DNA of 45,789 nucleotides from Betaproteobacteria bacterium (GCA_016199485.1 JACQGO010000112.1:1-45789), one strand, 5' to 3'. Shown: positions 23,567 through 31,957, counted from the stretch's first letter. The notes: generated from the letters alone by a model not told the origin. Program-made: numbers and translations.

Positions 23567-24006
23567 ACGAGCGTCCGCCCGAGCCGGGGATTCACCCCAC
23601 CGCCGTCGTCGGCGATCCCCCTGAGCACCGGGACCGGCCGTACAACTTCACAGGCTTCTACCCGCTGATCGCGGCCAGCGCACGAATCAACGCCTTCGTG
23701 ACAGTCGATGCGGGCATGAACAGGCCGACCAGGATCGGCGCCCGCAGCTTCCTGATGACCAAAAGTCACGTCGGCCACGACGCCTCGGTCGGCGCCGACT
23801 GCGAGATCGCCCCGCTCGTCTCCATCGGCGGCGAATGCGAGATCGGTGACAACGTCAGGATTGGCCAGGGCGCCGTGCTCAAGCCGCGGGTGAAAGTCGG
23901 GACGGGCGCCCAGATCGGCGCCGGCGCGGTCGTGACCACAGACGTGCCCGCAGGTCAGGTGTGGGTCGGAAACCCCGCCCGCTACCTGCGCGAGCGCGAG
24001 CCCTAG
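23563..24006 (+). CDS. Hexapeptide-repeat (left-handed beta-helix) acyl/acetyltransferase
   Basis: Consecutive hexapeptide-like units: IGARSFLMTKSHVGHDASVGADCEIAPLVSIGGECEIGDNVRIGQGAVLKPRVKVGTGAQIGAGAVV. GTGA start. Confidence 0.75.
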   Translation: MNERPPEPGIHPTAVVGDPPEHRDRPYNFTGFYPLIAASARINAFVTVDAGMNRPTRIGARSFLMTKSHVGHDASVGADCEIAPLVSIGGECEIGDNVRIGQGAVLKPRVKVGTGAQIGAGAVVTTDVPAGQVWVGNPARYLREREP

Positions 24007-24014
24007 CTTCTCCG

Positions 24015-24521
24015 GTGGCCGTCAGCGTGGTCACACCCTCTCTTCCAGGCCGCGCAGCCATGCTGGCCGAGTGCATAGCCTCCGTCGCCGCCCAAACCCG
24101 GCCGCCGCTGGAGCATCTGATCTGCGTCGACTACGAACGCGCCGGGGTTGTCGCCACCACCAACCGGCTGTGCGGCTTCGCCCGCGGCGACCGCATCCTG
24201 CCGATCGCAGACGACGACCTGTTGCTACCCGAATGCCTGGAGAAGCTCGAAGGGGGCGGCCCCCCGGACGCCATCGTCTACTCCGAGATGCGCGTCGAAG
24301 GGGAGTGGTGGCCGCCAGTCGGCCCCGACCCGCAGACGCTGCCCTCGACGGCGCTCATCCCCACGGAGCTGTGGCACCGGCTGGGCGGCTACCGGGTCAC
24401 GCAGCGGCCGGAAGACCAGGACTTCTGGCAGCGCGCCCGCGAGGCCGGCACCCGCTTCTGCTACGTCCCCGACGTCACCTGGGTTTACCGCTTTTGGGGA
24501 GGGAATATTTCACGGCGGTAA
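24015..24521 (+). CDS. GT-A (family 2-like) glycosyltransferase, short
   Basis: VSVVTPSLPGRAAMLAECIASVAAQT...EHLICVD, with a DxD-like ADDDLL. Confidence 0.65.
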   Translation: MAVSVVTPSLPGRAAMLAECIASVAAQTRPPLEHLICVDYERAGVVATTNRLCGFARGDRILPIADDDLLLPECLEKLEGGGPPDAIVYSEMRVEGEWWPPVGPDPQTLPSTALIPTELWHRLGGYRVTQRPEDQDFWQRAREAGTRFCYVPDVTWVYRFWGGNISRR

Positions 24522-24596
24522 CGCCTAAGTTTAGAACGCCGATCAGCCCCACGACGACACTCCAGCATTCATGGGTCTTTACGACTTTCGTCCAAT

Positions 24597-24614
24597 AACG
24601 TGCTTCGGCACGTT
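24597..24614 (+). terminator. 7-bp stem with UUCG loop and short T tract
   Basis: AACGTGC-TTCG-GCACGTT followed by T. Lies in the 175-nt gap after the transferase cassette. Confidence 0.4.
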
Positions 24615-24696
24615 TCACGGAGTACAACTTACATGAGATTCCGGACCCCCCGCTTCCACGGCGGCAACCTGTCCCGGCAATAGCAAAAGGAGACCG

Positions 24697-25128
24697 ATGG
24701 AAGGCTCGATCGACCTCTCAGGTGCCAAGCAAGTCACCGGCACCGACCCCGCCGCCAACACCGAGTTCTCGGAGACCGTTCCGGCCGCGAAAGCCTGGAA
24801 GCTGGTTGCCGTCTCCGTCGCGCTCGTCCAGGGTGCCACGCAGACGCCGCAGCCGATCCTCGTCATCGACGACGGCGCCGACGTCTTCTTCGAGAGCTTC
24901 GGCTCCTCCGCCGCCCAGGCGGTGTCCACCACCTGCCAGTACACCTGGGCGCCAGGGCACACGCTGAGCGGGCAGGTCGGGGCGACAACGAACGTTCACT
25001 CCACAGGCCCTCTCCCCGAGGGACTGGTCCTTCCGCCGGGCTTTCGCATCCGCTCCTCGACGATCGGCATCGGTGCCAACTCGAACTACGGCGCCCCCTC
25101 CCTGTACGTCGTCGAGTACCCGTTCTGA
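24697..25128 (+). CDS. Virion-module protein, possible member of a small beta-rich paralogue set
   Basis: AAAAGGAG RBS. 143 aa. The block AAKAWKLVAVSVALV resembles blocks in the 25522, 27634 and 28224 products. Confidence 0.5.
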   Translation: MEGSIDLSGAKQVTGTDPAANTEFSETVPAAKAWKLVAVSVALVQGATQTPQPILVIDDGADVFFESFGSSAAQAVSTTCQYTWAPGHTLSGQVGATTNVHSTGPLPEGLVLPPGFRIRSSTIGIGANSNYGAPSLYVVEYPF

Positions 25129-25514
25129 TGCGCGAGTGGACGGAGCCGGTGTGGATGGAAGACCACCCGCACCGCTACGTCCGCTACGCCTCCGGCGAGG
25201 TCCGCCGCGACGTCGACGTGACCCTGACCGAGGATCAGTACCGGCAGATGTGGCAGGGCTATCGCTGCTGCCGCTGCTACGGGATCGTCTCGAGCGCGTT
25301 CCCGCAGACGTGCGGACTGCCCGGCTGCGACGGCTACCCGGACGGGTTTCCGATGGCCGAAAGGCAGCGGCAGGTGATGGAGGCCGAGTACGACGGCTAC
25401 AAGTGGATCGGCCCCTCGCGGGAGACGATCGCACGCCTGCAGGCGGCGGACGCACCGAAAGGCAAGCCAAAGGGGACGTCCACGATCTGGGTTCCGCGCG
25501 GGGTCGAGGGGTAG
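25128..25514 (+). CDS. Cys-rich hypothetical protein
   Basis: TGATG overlap. 128 aa containing YRCCRCYG...CGLPGCDG. Confidence 0.5.
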   Translation: MREWTEPVWMEDHPHRYVRYASGEVRRDVDVTLTEDQYRQMWQGYRCCRCYGIVSSAFPQTCGLPGCDGYPDGFPMAERQRQVMEAEYDGYKWIGPSRETIARLQAADAPKGKPKGTSTIWVPRGVEG

Positions 25515-25521
25515 GAGGAGC

Positions 25522-25875
25522 ATGAGCGGCTTCAGCAAGTTCGCCTACGGTGACGTCGCCGCCAAGTACGCGTTCGCGAACGTCGCTGCCAGCCAAACCG
25601 ACTCGCAACTTGTCGCAGGCACCACTGGCAAGAAGATTCGTGTGCTGGCGGTCGCGTTCGTGTGCGGCGCCACCGCCACCACCGCCATCTTCAACTCCAA
25701 GCCGGCCGGGGCCGGGGTCGCGATCTCGATGACGTTCGCCAACGCCGCCAACGGCGGCGCCGTCCTGCCCCAGAACCCGCTGGGATGGTTCGAGACCGTC
25801 GCCGGGGAGGCGCTGACCCTGACCACTGGCGCCGGTTCCACCACCGGCGTTCAAGTCGTGTACGTACTCGTCTGA
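25522..25875 (+). CDS. Virion-module protein, same possible paralogue set
   Basis: GGAGGAG RBS. 117 aa containing GTTGKKIRVLAVAFVC. Confidence 0.5.
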   Translation: MSGFSKFAYGDVAAKYAFANVAASQTDSQLVAGTTGKKIRVLAVAFVCGATATTAIFNSKPAGAGVAISMTFANAANGGAVLPQNPLGWFETVAGEALTLTTGAGSTTGVQVVYVLV

Positions 25876-25890
25876 GAGGAGCTTGTCGTA

Positions 25891-26007
25891 ATGGCACTGC
25901 ACGGGAAGCACATGTACGCCGCCAAGGCCAAGAAGGGTTCGAAGGCGTCCGCGCGCACGAAGCGGCAGGCCAACCTGGCCAACACGCGGTCCAAGAAACG
26001 ACGGTAG
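25891..26007 (+). CDS. 38-aa highly basic peptide
   Basis: GAGAGGAG RBS. MALHGKHMYAAKAKKGSKASARTKRQANLANTRSKKRR. Confidence 0.35.
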   Translation: MALHGKHMYAAKAKKGSKASARTKRQANLANTRSKKRR

Positions 26008-26017
26008 GGAGGAACCG

Positions 26018-26314
26018 ATGGCACTGCTGGACAGGCTGCGCTACCGTCCCGGCGACCGCTACGACGGGCCGGTCGCGTTCACCGACGAGGACGGCTACAA
26101 GCGGCTGCCGCTCGGCTACTACGCCCTGACCCGGGACGGGAAGAGCTTGCGAAGGCCGCTGCTTCGGCTCGTCTGGGTAGACGACGCTCCCGGAGACCCC
26201 GACGACGGCAGTGGCCACTACGAGGTCGCCCACCGCTCCGATCCGCCCGTGAAAGCGGGGCGCATCGTCCCACTGCAGTCGCACATGACAGGGAAAGGCA
26301 GCGTGCAGCCATGA
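26018..26314 (+). CDS. Hypothetical protein
   Basis: GGGAGGAA RBS. 98 aa. Confidence 0.5.
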   Translation: MALLDRLRYRPGDRYDGPVAFTDEDGYKRLPLGYYALTRDGKSLRRPLLRLVWVDDAPGDPDDGSGHYEVAHRSDPPVKAGRIVPLQSHMTGKGSVQP

Positions 26315-26916
26315 CCGAGCTCGCCGTCGAACGCTTCCGGCCGGTCACACTGAGCGTCCGCTCGTGGCACGCCGCACCCGCCGCCGAGCTGCTGCGGGAA
26401 CCCTTGAAGGACATGGAGCTGTGCCGGGCGCCGCTCAGGCGGCTCCGGCGCGAGTTCGACCGCATCCTGCTGATGGCCTCCGGCAAGTCCGCCTACCTGT
26501 CGGAGAAGGTGAAGAACGAGGTGCTGGGCGCGGTCGCGTTCGGCGCCCCCGCCACCGTCTACTTCGCCTTGTGGACGACCGCGGCCGGCACCGACATGGA
26601 CGGCTTCGTCGGCAACACCGCCGGTGAGGTCTCCGGCGGCGCCTACGACCGGGTGGCGAAGACGAACAACACCACCAACTTCGCCTCGATCACGGGCGAC
26701 GCGGCCAAGGTCAACTCGAACGCGATCACGTTCGCGACCGCGACCGCGAACTGGAACGGCGGCTCCGCCATCCCCCAGTCGATCGTGTTCGACGGCAATC
26801 TGAAGACCGCCGCCGACAACGGTTTAGTGTGGGGGGACCTTACGACTGCAAGGATTGTTCTGAACGGCGATACGGCCTCCTGGGCGACGTCTGACTTTAG
26901 TTGGACAGAAGAGTAG
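26311..26916 (+). CDS. Conserved phage structural (fibre-associated type) protein; alternative start at ATG 26473
   Basis: LGAVAFGAPATVYFALWTTAAG...GEVSGGAYDRVAKTNNTTNF...ITFATATANWNG...IVFDG is a pattern I recognise from widespread phage virion proteins. Confidence 0.5.
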   Translation: MTELAVERFRPVTLSVRSWHAAPAAELLREPLKDMELCRAPLRRLRREFDRILLMASGKSAYLSEKVKNEVLGAVAFGAPATVYFALWTTAAGTDMDGFVGNTAGEVSGGAYDRVAKTNNTTNFASITGDAAKVNSNAITFATATANWNGGSAIPQSIVFDGNLKTAADNGLVWGDLTTARIVLNGDTASWATSDFSWTEE

Positions 26917-26926
26917 TGCGATCGTT

Positions 26927-27562
26927 ATGCTAAACTGTGACGTTGTGACAGCGCGCAGTTTTAGCGACGAGCAGGAACGAGAGCTCGCCGCCCGCTACGA
27001 AGCGGGTGAGAGTGCGCTCGCCCTCGCCGAACGCCACGGCGTGAACCGCAAGACGGTCATGAGCGCCCTGCGTCGTCAGGGTTTCCAGTCTCGGCGGAGT
27101 GGACGACCCTCACTCGTGACCACGCCCGAGCTAATCGCGAGAGCCATTCAGCTCTACAGCGACGAGAACTACTCGCAGCGTCAGATCGCTGAAGAGCTCG
27201 GGGTGAGTCAACCGCTGATCAGCCGTGTTCTGCACAACGCGAGGGTCCCCCGACGCACTCTTCGCAATCGGGATGGACACGGACACTGGAAGGGGGGCCG
27301 TCTGATCAATGATGGCTACGTGCGCGTGCTCATCGAGCCCGATCATCCACTGGCCGTCATGCGTGACCGCTCCGGATACGTGCGCGAGCACCGCCTCGTC
27401 ATGGCCGAGCAGCTCGGCCGCCCTCTGCTCTCTACCGAGTCCGTCCACCACAAGAACGGCGACCGCTCCGACAACCGGATCGAGAACCTCGAGCTGCGTG
27501 TTGGCCGACACGGCATCGGCGCGTCCGCTCCCCACTGCTCCACCTGCCGCTGCTTCGAATGA
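26927..27562 (+). CDS. HNH endonuclease with two N-terminal HTH-like modules (free-standing homing-type)
   Basis: ESVHHKNGDRSDNRIENL. Two HTH-like modules: ALALAERHGVNRKTVMSAL and QRQIAEELGVSQPLISRVL. G+C is lower than in the flanks. Confidence 0.85.
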   Translation: MLNCDVVTARSFSDEQERELAARYEAGESALALAERHGVNRKTVMSALRRQGFQSRRSGRPSLVTTPELIARAIQLYSDENYSQRQIAEELGVSQPLISRVLHNARVPRRTLRNRDGHGHWKGGRLINDGYVRVLIEPDHPLAVMRDRSGYVREHRLVMAEQLGRPLLSTESVHHKNGDRSDNRIENLELRVGRHGIGASAPHCSTCRCFE

Positions 27563-27587
27563 GACCTATGACGTACCCAAGCCTCCG

Positions 27588-27609
27588 GGCCGCCGCGAGC
27601 GGCCTTTTT
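27588..27609 (+). terminator. Rho-independent terminator
   Basis: GGCCGC-cgcga-GCGGCC followed by TTTTT. Confidence 0.7.
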
Positions 27610-27633
27610 AGTGCCCGCGAGAGGGGGGAATAG

Positions 27634-28224
27634 ATGGCGCTCCCGAACGACTCGATCCTCGTCACGCCCGGGTCGGGCGCGACCGTTGCAACGCACACGG
27701 TCTCGTCCAAGGAGTACCCGACCGTCATCGTCGCGGACGCCGAAGGGCATCTGCTCGGCTCCGGCGACGTCTACTTCGCCTCCAGCACGGTCATCTCGCC
27801 TTCGGTTACGGCGGGGAACACCAACATCTGCCTGTTCAACCCGTCCGCGTCCGGCAAACGCCTGCTCGTGCTCGCGATCTGCATGACGACGCAGGGGACG
27901 GTCAACAAGACCCATCGAGTCGTCCGCACCACCTCGGGCGGTTCGGGTGGGACGGCGATCACCCCCTTCAAGCGGGACACCGACTCGCTCGCCCCCGTCG
28001 GCACGGTGCAGGTTCTCCCTACGACACAACCGACTGGGAAGGACTCTACCGTCGGGCTGCGGCTGGAGCAGCCGATCGAAACGGGCGGGATGCCCGCCTT
28101 CTACGACTTCCGCTCCTACCCGATCGAGCTTCTGCAAGCCGTCGGCCTCGCCCTGGACTCCGACGACACGCTTGTGGCCGTCACCACCGTCCTCACCCTG
28201 ATCTGGCAGGAGGTGGCGGTCTAG
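27634..28224 (+). CDS. Tail/host-recognition candidate, tandem paralogue A
   Basis: Shares MALPNDS.L.TPGSGATVATHTVSSKEY, GTVNKT.R.VR.TSGGSGGTA and VQVLPTTQPTGKD.TVGLRLEQPI with the next gene. Confidence 0.55.
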   Translation: MALPNDSILVTPGSGATVATHTVSSKEYPTVIVADAEGHLLGSGDVYFASSTVISPSVTAGNTNICLFNPSASGKRLLVLAICMTTQGTVNKTHRVVRTTSGGSGGTAITPFKRDTDSLAPVGTVQVLPTTQPTGKDSTVGLRLEQPIETGGMPAFYDFRSYPIELLQAVGLALDSDDTLVAVTTVLTLIWQEVAV

Positions 28225-28847
28225 TGGCGCTGCCGAACGACTCGGTTCTGTTCACCCCCGGCTCGGGCGCGACGGTCGCCACGCACACGGTCAGCTCGAA
28301 GGAGTACGAGGCGGACATCCAGGCCGACCCGGAGGGGGAGCTCGAGGCCACCCGAAGCACGTTCTGGGTCAACGCTGACTTTCGCGTGGCCGCCTGGCCC
28401 GCCGCCGGGGACACGGCCCTCTCCTTGATGAACCCGGCCGCGTCCGGCAAGCGGATCTTGCTGCTAGCCGTCATGTTTGGGAACCAGGGGACGGTCAACA
28501 AGACGCTGCGGCTCGTCCGCGCCACCTCCGGCGGCTCCGGCGGGACTGCGGAGACGCCTTTCGGGCGCAACACAGCCGTCGCCCCCGTCGCCACGATCCA
28601 GGTGCTTCCCACCACGCAGCCGACCGGCAAGGACGCCACGGTCGGGCTGCGGCTGGAACAGCCGATCTCGACCGGGAGGACACTCGCGATCTACCCCTAC
28701 CTGCCCGGCGGGTTGGGCTTCTTCTGCCCGCTCATGCCCGGTTTCCCGATCGAAGTGCTACAGGGCGTCGGGATCGCGCTCGACGCCGACGGTACCGGCG
28801 ACCCCGTCGCCCACGCCTCCTTCGTGTGGCAGGAAGTCACAGCCTAG
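28224..28847 (+). CDS. Tail/host-recognition candidate, tandem paralogue B
   Basis: The GTG start overlaps the TAG of paralogue A. Conserved blocks as listed for paralogue A, with divergent middle and C-terminal segments. Confidence 0.55.
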   Translation: MALPNDSVLFTPGSGATVATHTVSSKEYEADIQADPEGELEATRSTFWVNADFRVAAWPAAGDTALSLMNPAASGKRILLLAVMFGNQGTVNKTLRLVRATSGGSGGTAETPFGRNTAVAPVATIQVLPTTQPTGKDATVGLRLEQPISTGRTLAIYPYLPGGLGFFCPLMPGFPIEVLQGVGIALDADGTGDPVAHASFVWQEVTA

Positions 28848-28851
28848 AACG

Positions 28852-29310
28852 ATGGCGATCCTGCTTTTCTTCGGCGGCGCCGGCGGGCAGGTGGCGTTGC
28901 AAACCGCCGTCGCCGGGGTCGGCACGGTCTCCTCGCGGCTGACCGAGCAGGTGGCACTGAAAACCTCGCTCGCCGGGCTGGGCGCGGTCGCCTCCCGTCT
29001 GACGGAGCAGGTCGCCCTCAAAACCCAGGTCGCCGGGCTTGGGGCGCTCGCGTCCAAGCTGACCTTGCAGACGGCGCTGAAAACCGGTGTCGCCGGCCTG
29101 GGCGCGGTCGCCTCCAACCTGACCGTCACCGGCGCCCAGGTCGCCCTGCAAACCGCCGTCTCCGGCCTCGGCGCGGTCGCCTCCAAGTTGGGGCTGCAGA
29201 CCGCGTTGAAAACCACGGTCGCCGGGGTCGGCACCGTCGCCTCCAACCTGACCGTCACGGCCGGCGGCGTCATCGCCCGCCTGCGCACCCTGCTCGGCAT
29301 CGGCACCTGA
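28852..29310 (+). CDS. Repeat protein: six 20-23-aa Q(V/T)AL(K/Q)T..AG.G.V.S.LT units
   Basis: 60-nt DNA periodicity across 28888-29256. Hydrophobic N-terminus MAILLFFGGAGG. Confidence 0.6.
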   Translation: MAILLFFGGAGGQVALQTAVAGVGTVSSRLTEQVALKTSLAGLGAVASRLTEQVALKTQVAGLGALASKLTLQTALKTGVAGLGAVASNLTVTGAQVALQTAVSGLGAVASKLGLQTALKTTVAGVGTVASNLTVTAGGVIARLRTLLGIGT

Positions 29311-29340
29311 CCGAACCGACCGAAGGAGAATCCTAGAACC

Positions 29341-30045
29341 GTGGCCACGCTCGCCCTGCTCCGCTCCCGTGTCTCCAAGAAGATCGGGCTTGACGAGACC
29401 GCTGCCGGCGCCGAAGAAGTCCTGCTCGACTCCTGGCTGAACGAAGCCGTCGAGCAGGTGCTTCTGCGCAGCCGCTGCTTCGTCAAGAAGGCGACGATCA
29501 CGCTGACAAAGGACGTCAACGAGTACGAGCTCGACACCGTCCTCTCCGGCGGCACTTTGAGCGTGCTCAAGCTGATCAACTCCGACAGCGTCCCGCTGGA
29601 GCGGGTGTCCCCGGAGGAGATGGCCGACCTTCGGCGTTCCACCGCCTCCGGCACTCAAGCATGGAAGTACGCCCTGGACGGCGCCAACCTGCTGATGATC
29701 TGGCCGACGCCGACGGCGGCCGGCACCCTGACCGTCTACCACGTGCCCCGGCCGACGGCGATGACGACCGGGGCGAACGACCCGTCGACCGCCACCTACG
29801 GCGGCATCCCCGCCGAGTTCCACAAGCTGCTGGAGTTCTACGGGTTGTGGCAGGCCGCCGACTTCGACGACGACGCCTCCTCCCAGGTGGGGACGTTGTA
29901 CCGGGCGGCGTTCGACCGGGGGCTGGCGGAGATGCGGCGGGCGCTCAGGCAGCGGGGCGGGCGCAAGCTGGGGCCGGCGCGGCTGGTGTCGTCGAAGCGC
30001 CGCTGGCTGGCATCCGACCCGTCCCAGACCGTCCCCTTCGACTAG
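29341..30045 (+). CDS. Putative head-tail adaptor/connector-type structural protein
   Basis: 234 aa. The call rests on position and a general adaptor-like N-terminal pattern (L..R....IG......E.LL.SWLNEA). No firm motif. Confidence 0.4.
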   Translation: MATLALLRSRVSKKIGLDETAAGAEEVLLDSWLNEAVEQVLLRSRCFVKKATITLTKDVNEYELDTVLSGGTLSVLKLINSDSVPLERVSPEEMADLRRSTASGTQAWKYALDGANLLMIWPTPTAAGTLTVYHVPRPTAMTTGANDPSTATYGGIPAEFHKLLEFYGLWQAADFDDDASSQVGTLYRAAFDRGLAEMRRALRQRGGRKLGPARLVSSKRRWLASDPSQTVPFD

Positions 30046-30052
30046 GCGTCGT

Positions 30053-31543
30053 ATGGCCAGCCCCGTCCCGCTTCAGGACCGCTTCAGCCTCGGCTTCAAG
30101 CGCGACTACTCTCGCGACCAGCTGCCCAAAGGCGCGTTGTGGGATTGCGTCGACTACTTCCCTGACGAGCTGGGGGCGCCGCTCAGAAAACGTGGCGGCT
30201 GGGAATACTTCGGTTCCACACTCAACTCCCTGAATGCTGGTGCTGGTGTCCCCTGGCGCGTCATCTACGCTCCCTTTTCTGGCGGGGCACAGGTTGTCGC
30301 AATGGACATTACGCTCAATAGGGTCTTCGACCTAACGAATAGCGTGGATCGGGGAGTCGCTATAAATCCTGGGTTTCCCGTCTTCTATCGCGAACTTGTA
30401 GTCATCCCTCCATATGATGGGACGGCTGCACCATACAAATATTCTGGGTCGGGAGCGCCAGCCCTATTGGGCGGGTCTCCGCCGACTTTCATGTGCGCGG
30501 CTGTCTACAAGGATAGGCTCGCCGGGGCTGGCGCAGCAGCCGCTCCTAACCGAGTCTACTTCTCCGCAGCGGGCAATCCGGAGTCCTGGGACACCACGAA
30601 CCGCTACCTCGATACATCATCGCCGGTTTTCGCGTTTGCGTCTCTTCGCAACGCGCTTCTTGTCTTCCATCGTGGCACTGTCGAGCGCATCCGCGGTGAC
30701 ATCCCACCTGGCTCCGCAGCGGCGAACATGACGCTTGAGCCGCTATTCAACGAGGTGGGGCTGTGGGTGCGTAGCGGGAGCGCAGCAAGTAATGGTGGCG
30801 CCCTTACCGTCAGTGACGACTATGCTTACTGGGCTGATGAGAATGGCGTTTACCAGTCTGATGGTGCCAGCATCAGTGACCTCGCAGAACAGGGCGGCGT
30901 GTCTACATACTGGCGTAGCGTCGTTTCGTCAGCCGGAGGGAGTGGCTATGTTACTGTGGCTGTCTGGCGCGGACGCGTTTTCGTGTCCGTCATTGACACA
31001 GTTGCGGCCTTCGTGGATATGCTCATCTGCGAAATCAAAACCCGCTCCTGGTTCCGCCTCACAAACGTCCGAGCGCCTTCATTCGCAACTCTCTTTGGTT
31101 CTACCGACGAACTGTACTTCGCCAACCAAGACTCATCCTCGAAGCGCGTGGGGAAGTTGTCTGGCATCTACTCTCCAACATCAGCAACCAAGAACGATGC
31201 TAACGGGACCGCTGTAACCCCCATCCTCGAGTCCGGATTGCTGTCGTTCGGGTCGCAGGCGCGCAAGCGCTTCAAGAAGGTGTACCTGTCCTACGACTGC
31301 CGCGACGCCGCCACCGACAACCCGACCCTGACCGCCTCCTACCTGACCTCGCCGGAAGCCACCTCGTACACCGCGCTCTCACCGACGTTCGCGGAGACGA
31401 CGGCGAGGACGCGCAAGCGGGTGGCGCTGCCGAAGGCCGCCTACGGAGTCGCCCTCAAGGTCGCCCAGACGAACGCCAGCTCGGATACGAGAATCTATGC
31501 GCTTGAGGCTGAGATTTCACCTTCCGAGGCGAGCAGGGTATAA
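30053..31543 (+). CDS. Large tail structural protein (beta-rich; nozzle/tubular-type candidate)
   Basis: 496 aa with repeated beta-strand-like blocks. G+C is lower than the genome average. Confidence 0.45.
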   Translation: MASPVPLQDRFSLGFKRDYSRDQLPKGALWDCVDYFPDELGAPLRKRGGWEYFGSTLNSLNAGAGVPWRVIYAPFSGGAQVVAMDITLNRVFDLTNSVDRGVAINPGFPVFYRELVVIPPYDGTAAPYKYSGSGAPALLGGSPPTFMCAAVYKDRLAGAGAAAAPNRVYFSAAGNPESWDTTNRYLDTSSPVFAFASLRNALLVFHRGTVERIRGDIPPGSAAANMTLEPLFNEVGLWVRSGSAASNGGALTVSDDYAYWADENGVYQSDGASISDLAEQGGVSTYWRSVVSSAGGSGYVTVAVWRGRVFVSVIDTVAAFVDMLICEIKTRSWFRLTNVRAPSFATLFGSTDELYFANQDSSSKRVGKLSGIYSPTSATKNDANGTAVTPILESGLLSFGSQARKRFKKVYLSYDCRDAATDNPTLTASYLTSPEATSYTALSPTFAETTARTRKRVALPKAAYGVALKVAQTNASSDTRIYALEAEISPSEASRV

Positions 31544-31957
31544 GGCGAGTCTGGGGATAGCGCACACCGGGTCGCGGCGGCTGAGCCAGCCGATGGCACA
31601 CTCGGCGTAGGTTTCAGCGAACGCCTCCTCATCCCAAGGCCCGAGACTGGCCTTTGCCCATCTCCGTCTCAACACGGGTGTCATGTAACGGTAATCAACA
31701 ACATGTCCTAGCTCATGGTAGAGCGTCAGCCGTCGTTGCCGGACTGAACCGCGCCTGGAGATGTAGAGCGCGCTAATGTTACTGGGATTGTCCACACATC
31801 CGAGCACCCAGGGCGCGCGGGGACAGTTCTCAAGCCGGAGCGCTAAGACAACCGGCGGCGTTGGCACTCGTGACGCCCATACCCACGCCTGATACGGCGC
31901 GGGTGCAGGATGTCCGGCAAGCAGTAACAGCGTCCAAGGCAACGCCAGCACGTTCAC
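31517..31957 (-). CDS. Secreted HExxH zinc metallopeptidase-like protein, antisense to the late operon
   Basis: LYHELGHVVDY is an HExxH motif. N-terminal hydrophobic VNVLALPWTLLLLAG. No plus-strand ORF competes for this region. Confidence 0.55.
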   Translation of the reverse strand: MNVLALPWTLLLLAGHPAPAPYQAWVWASRVPTPPVVLALRLENCPRAPWVLGCVDNPSNISALYISRRGSVRQRRLTLYHELGHVVDYRYMTPVLRRRWAKASLGPWDEEAFAETYAECAIGWLSRRDPVCAIPRLALYPARLGR

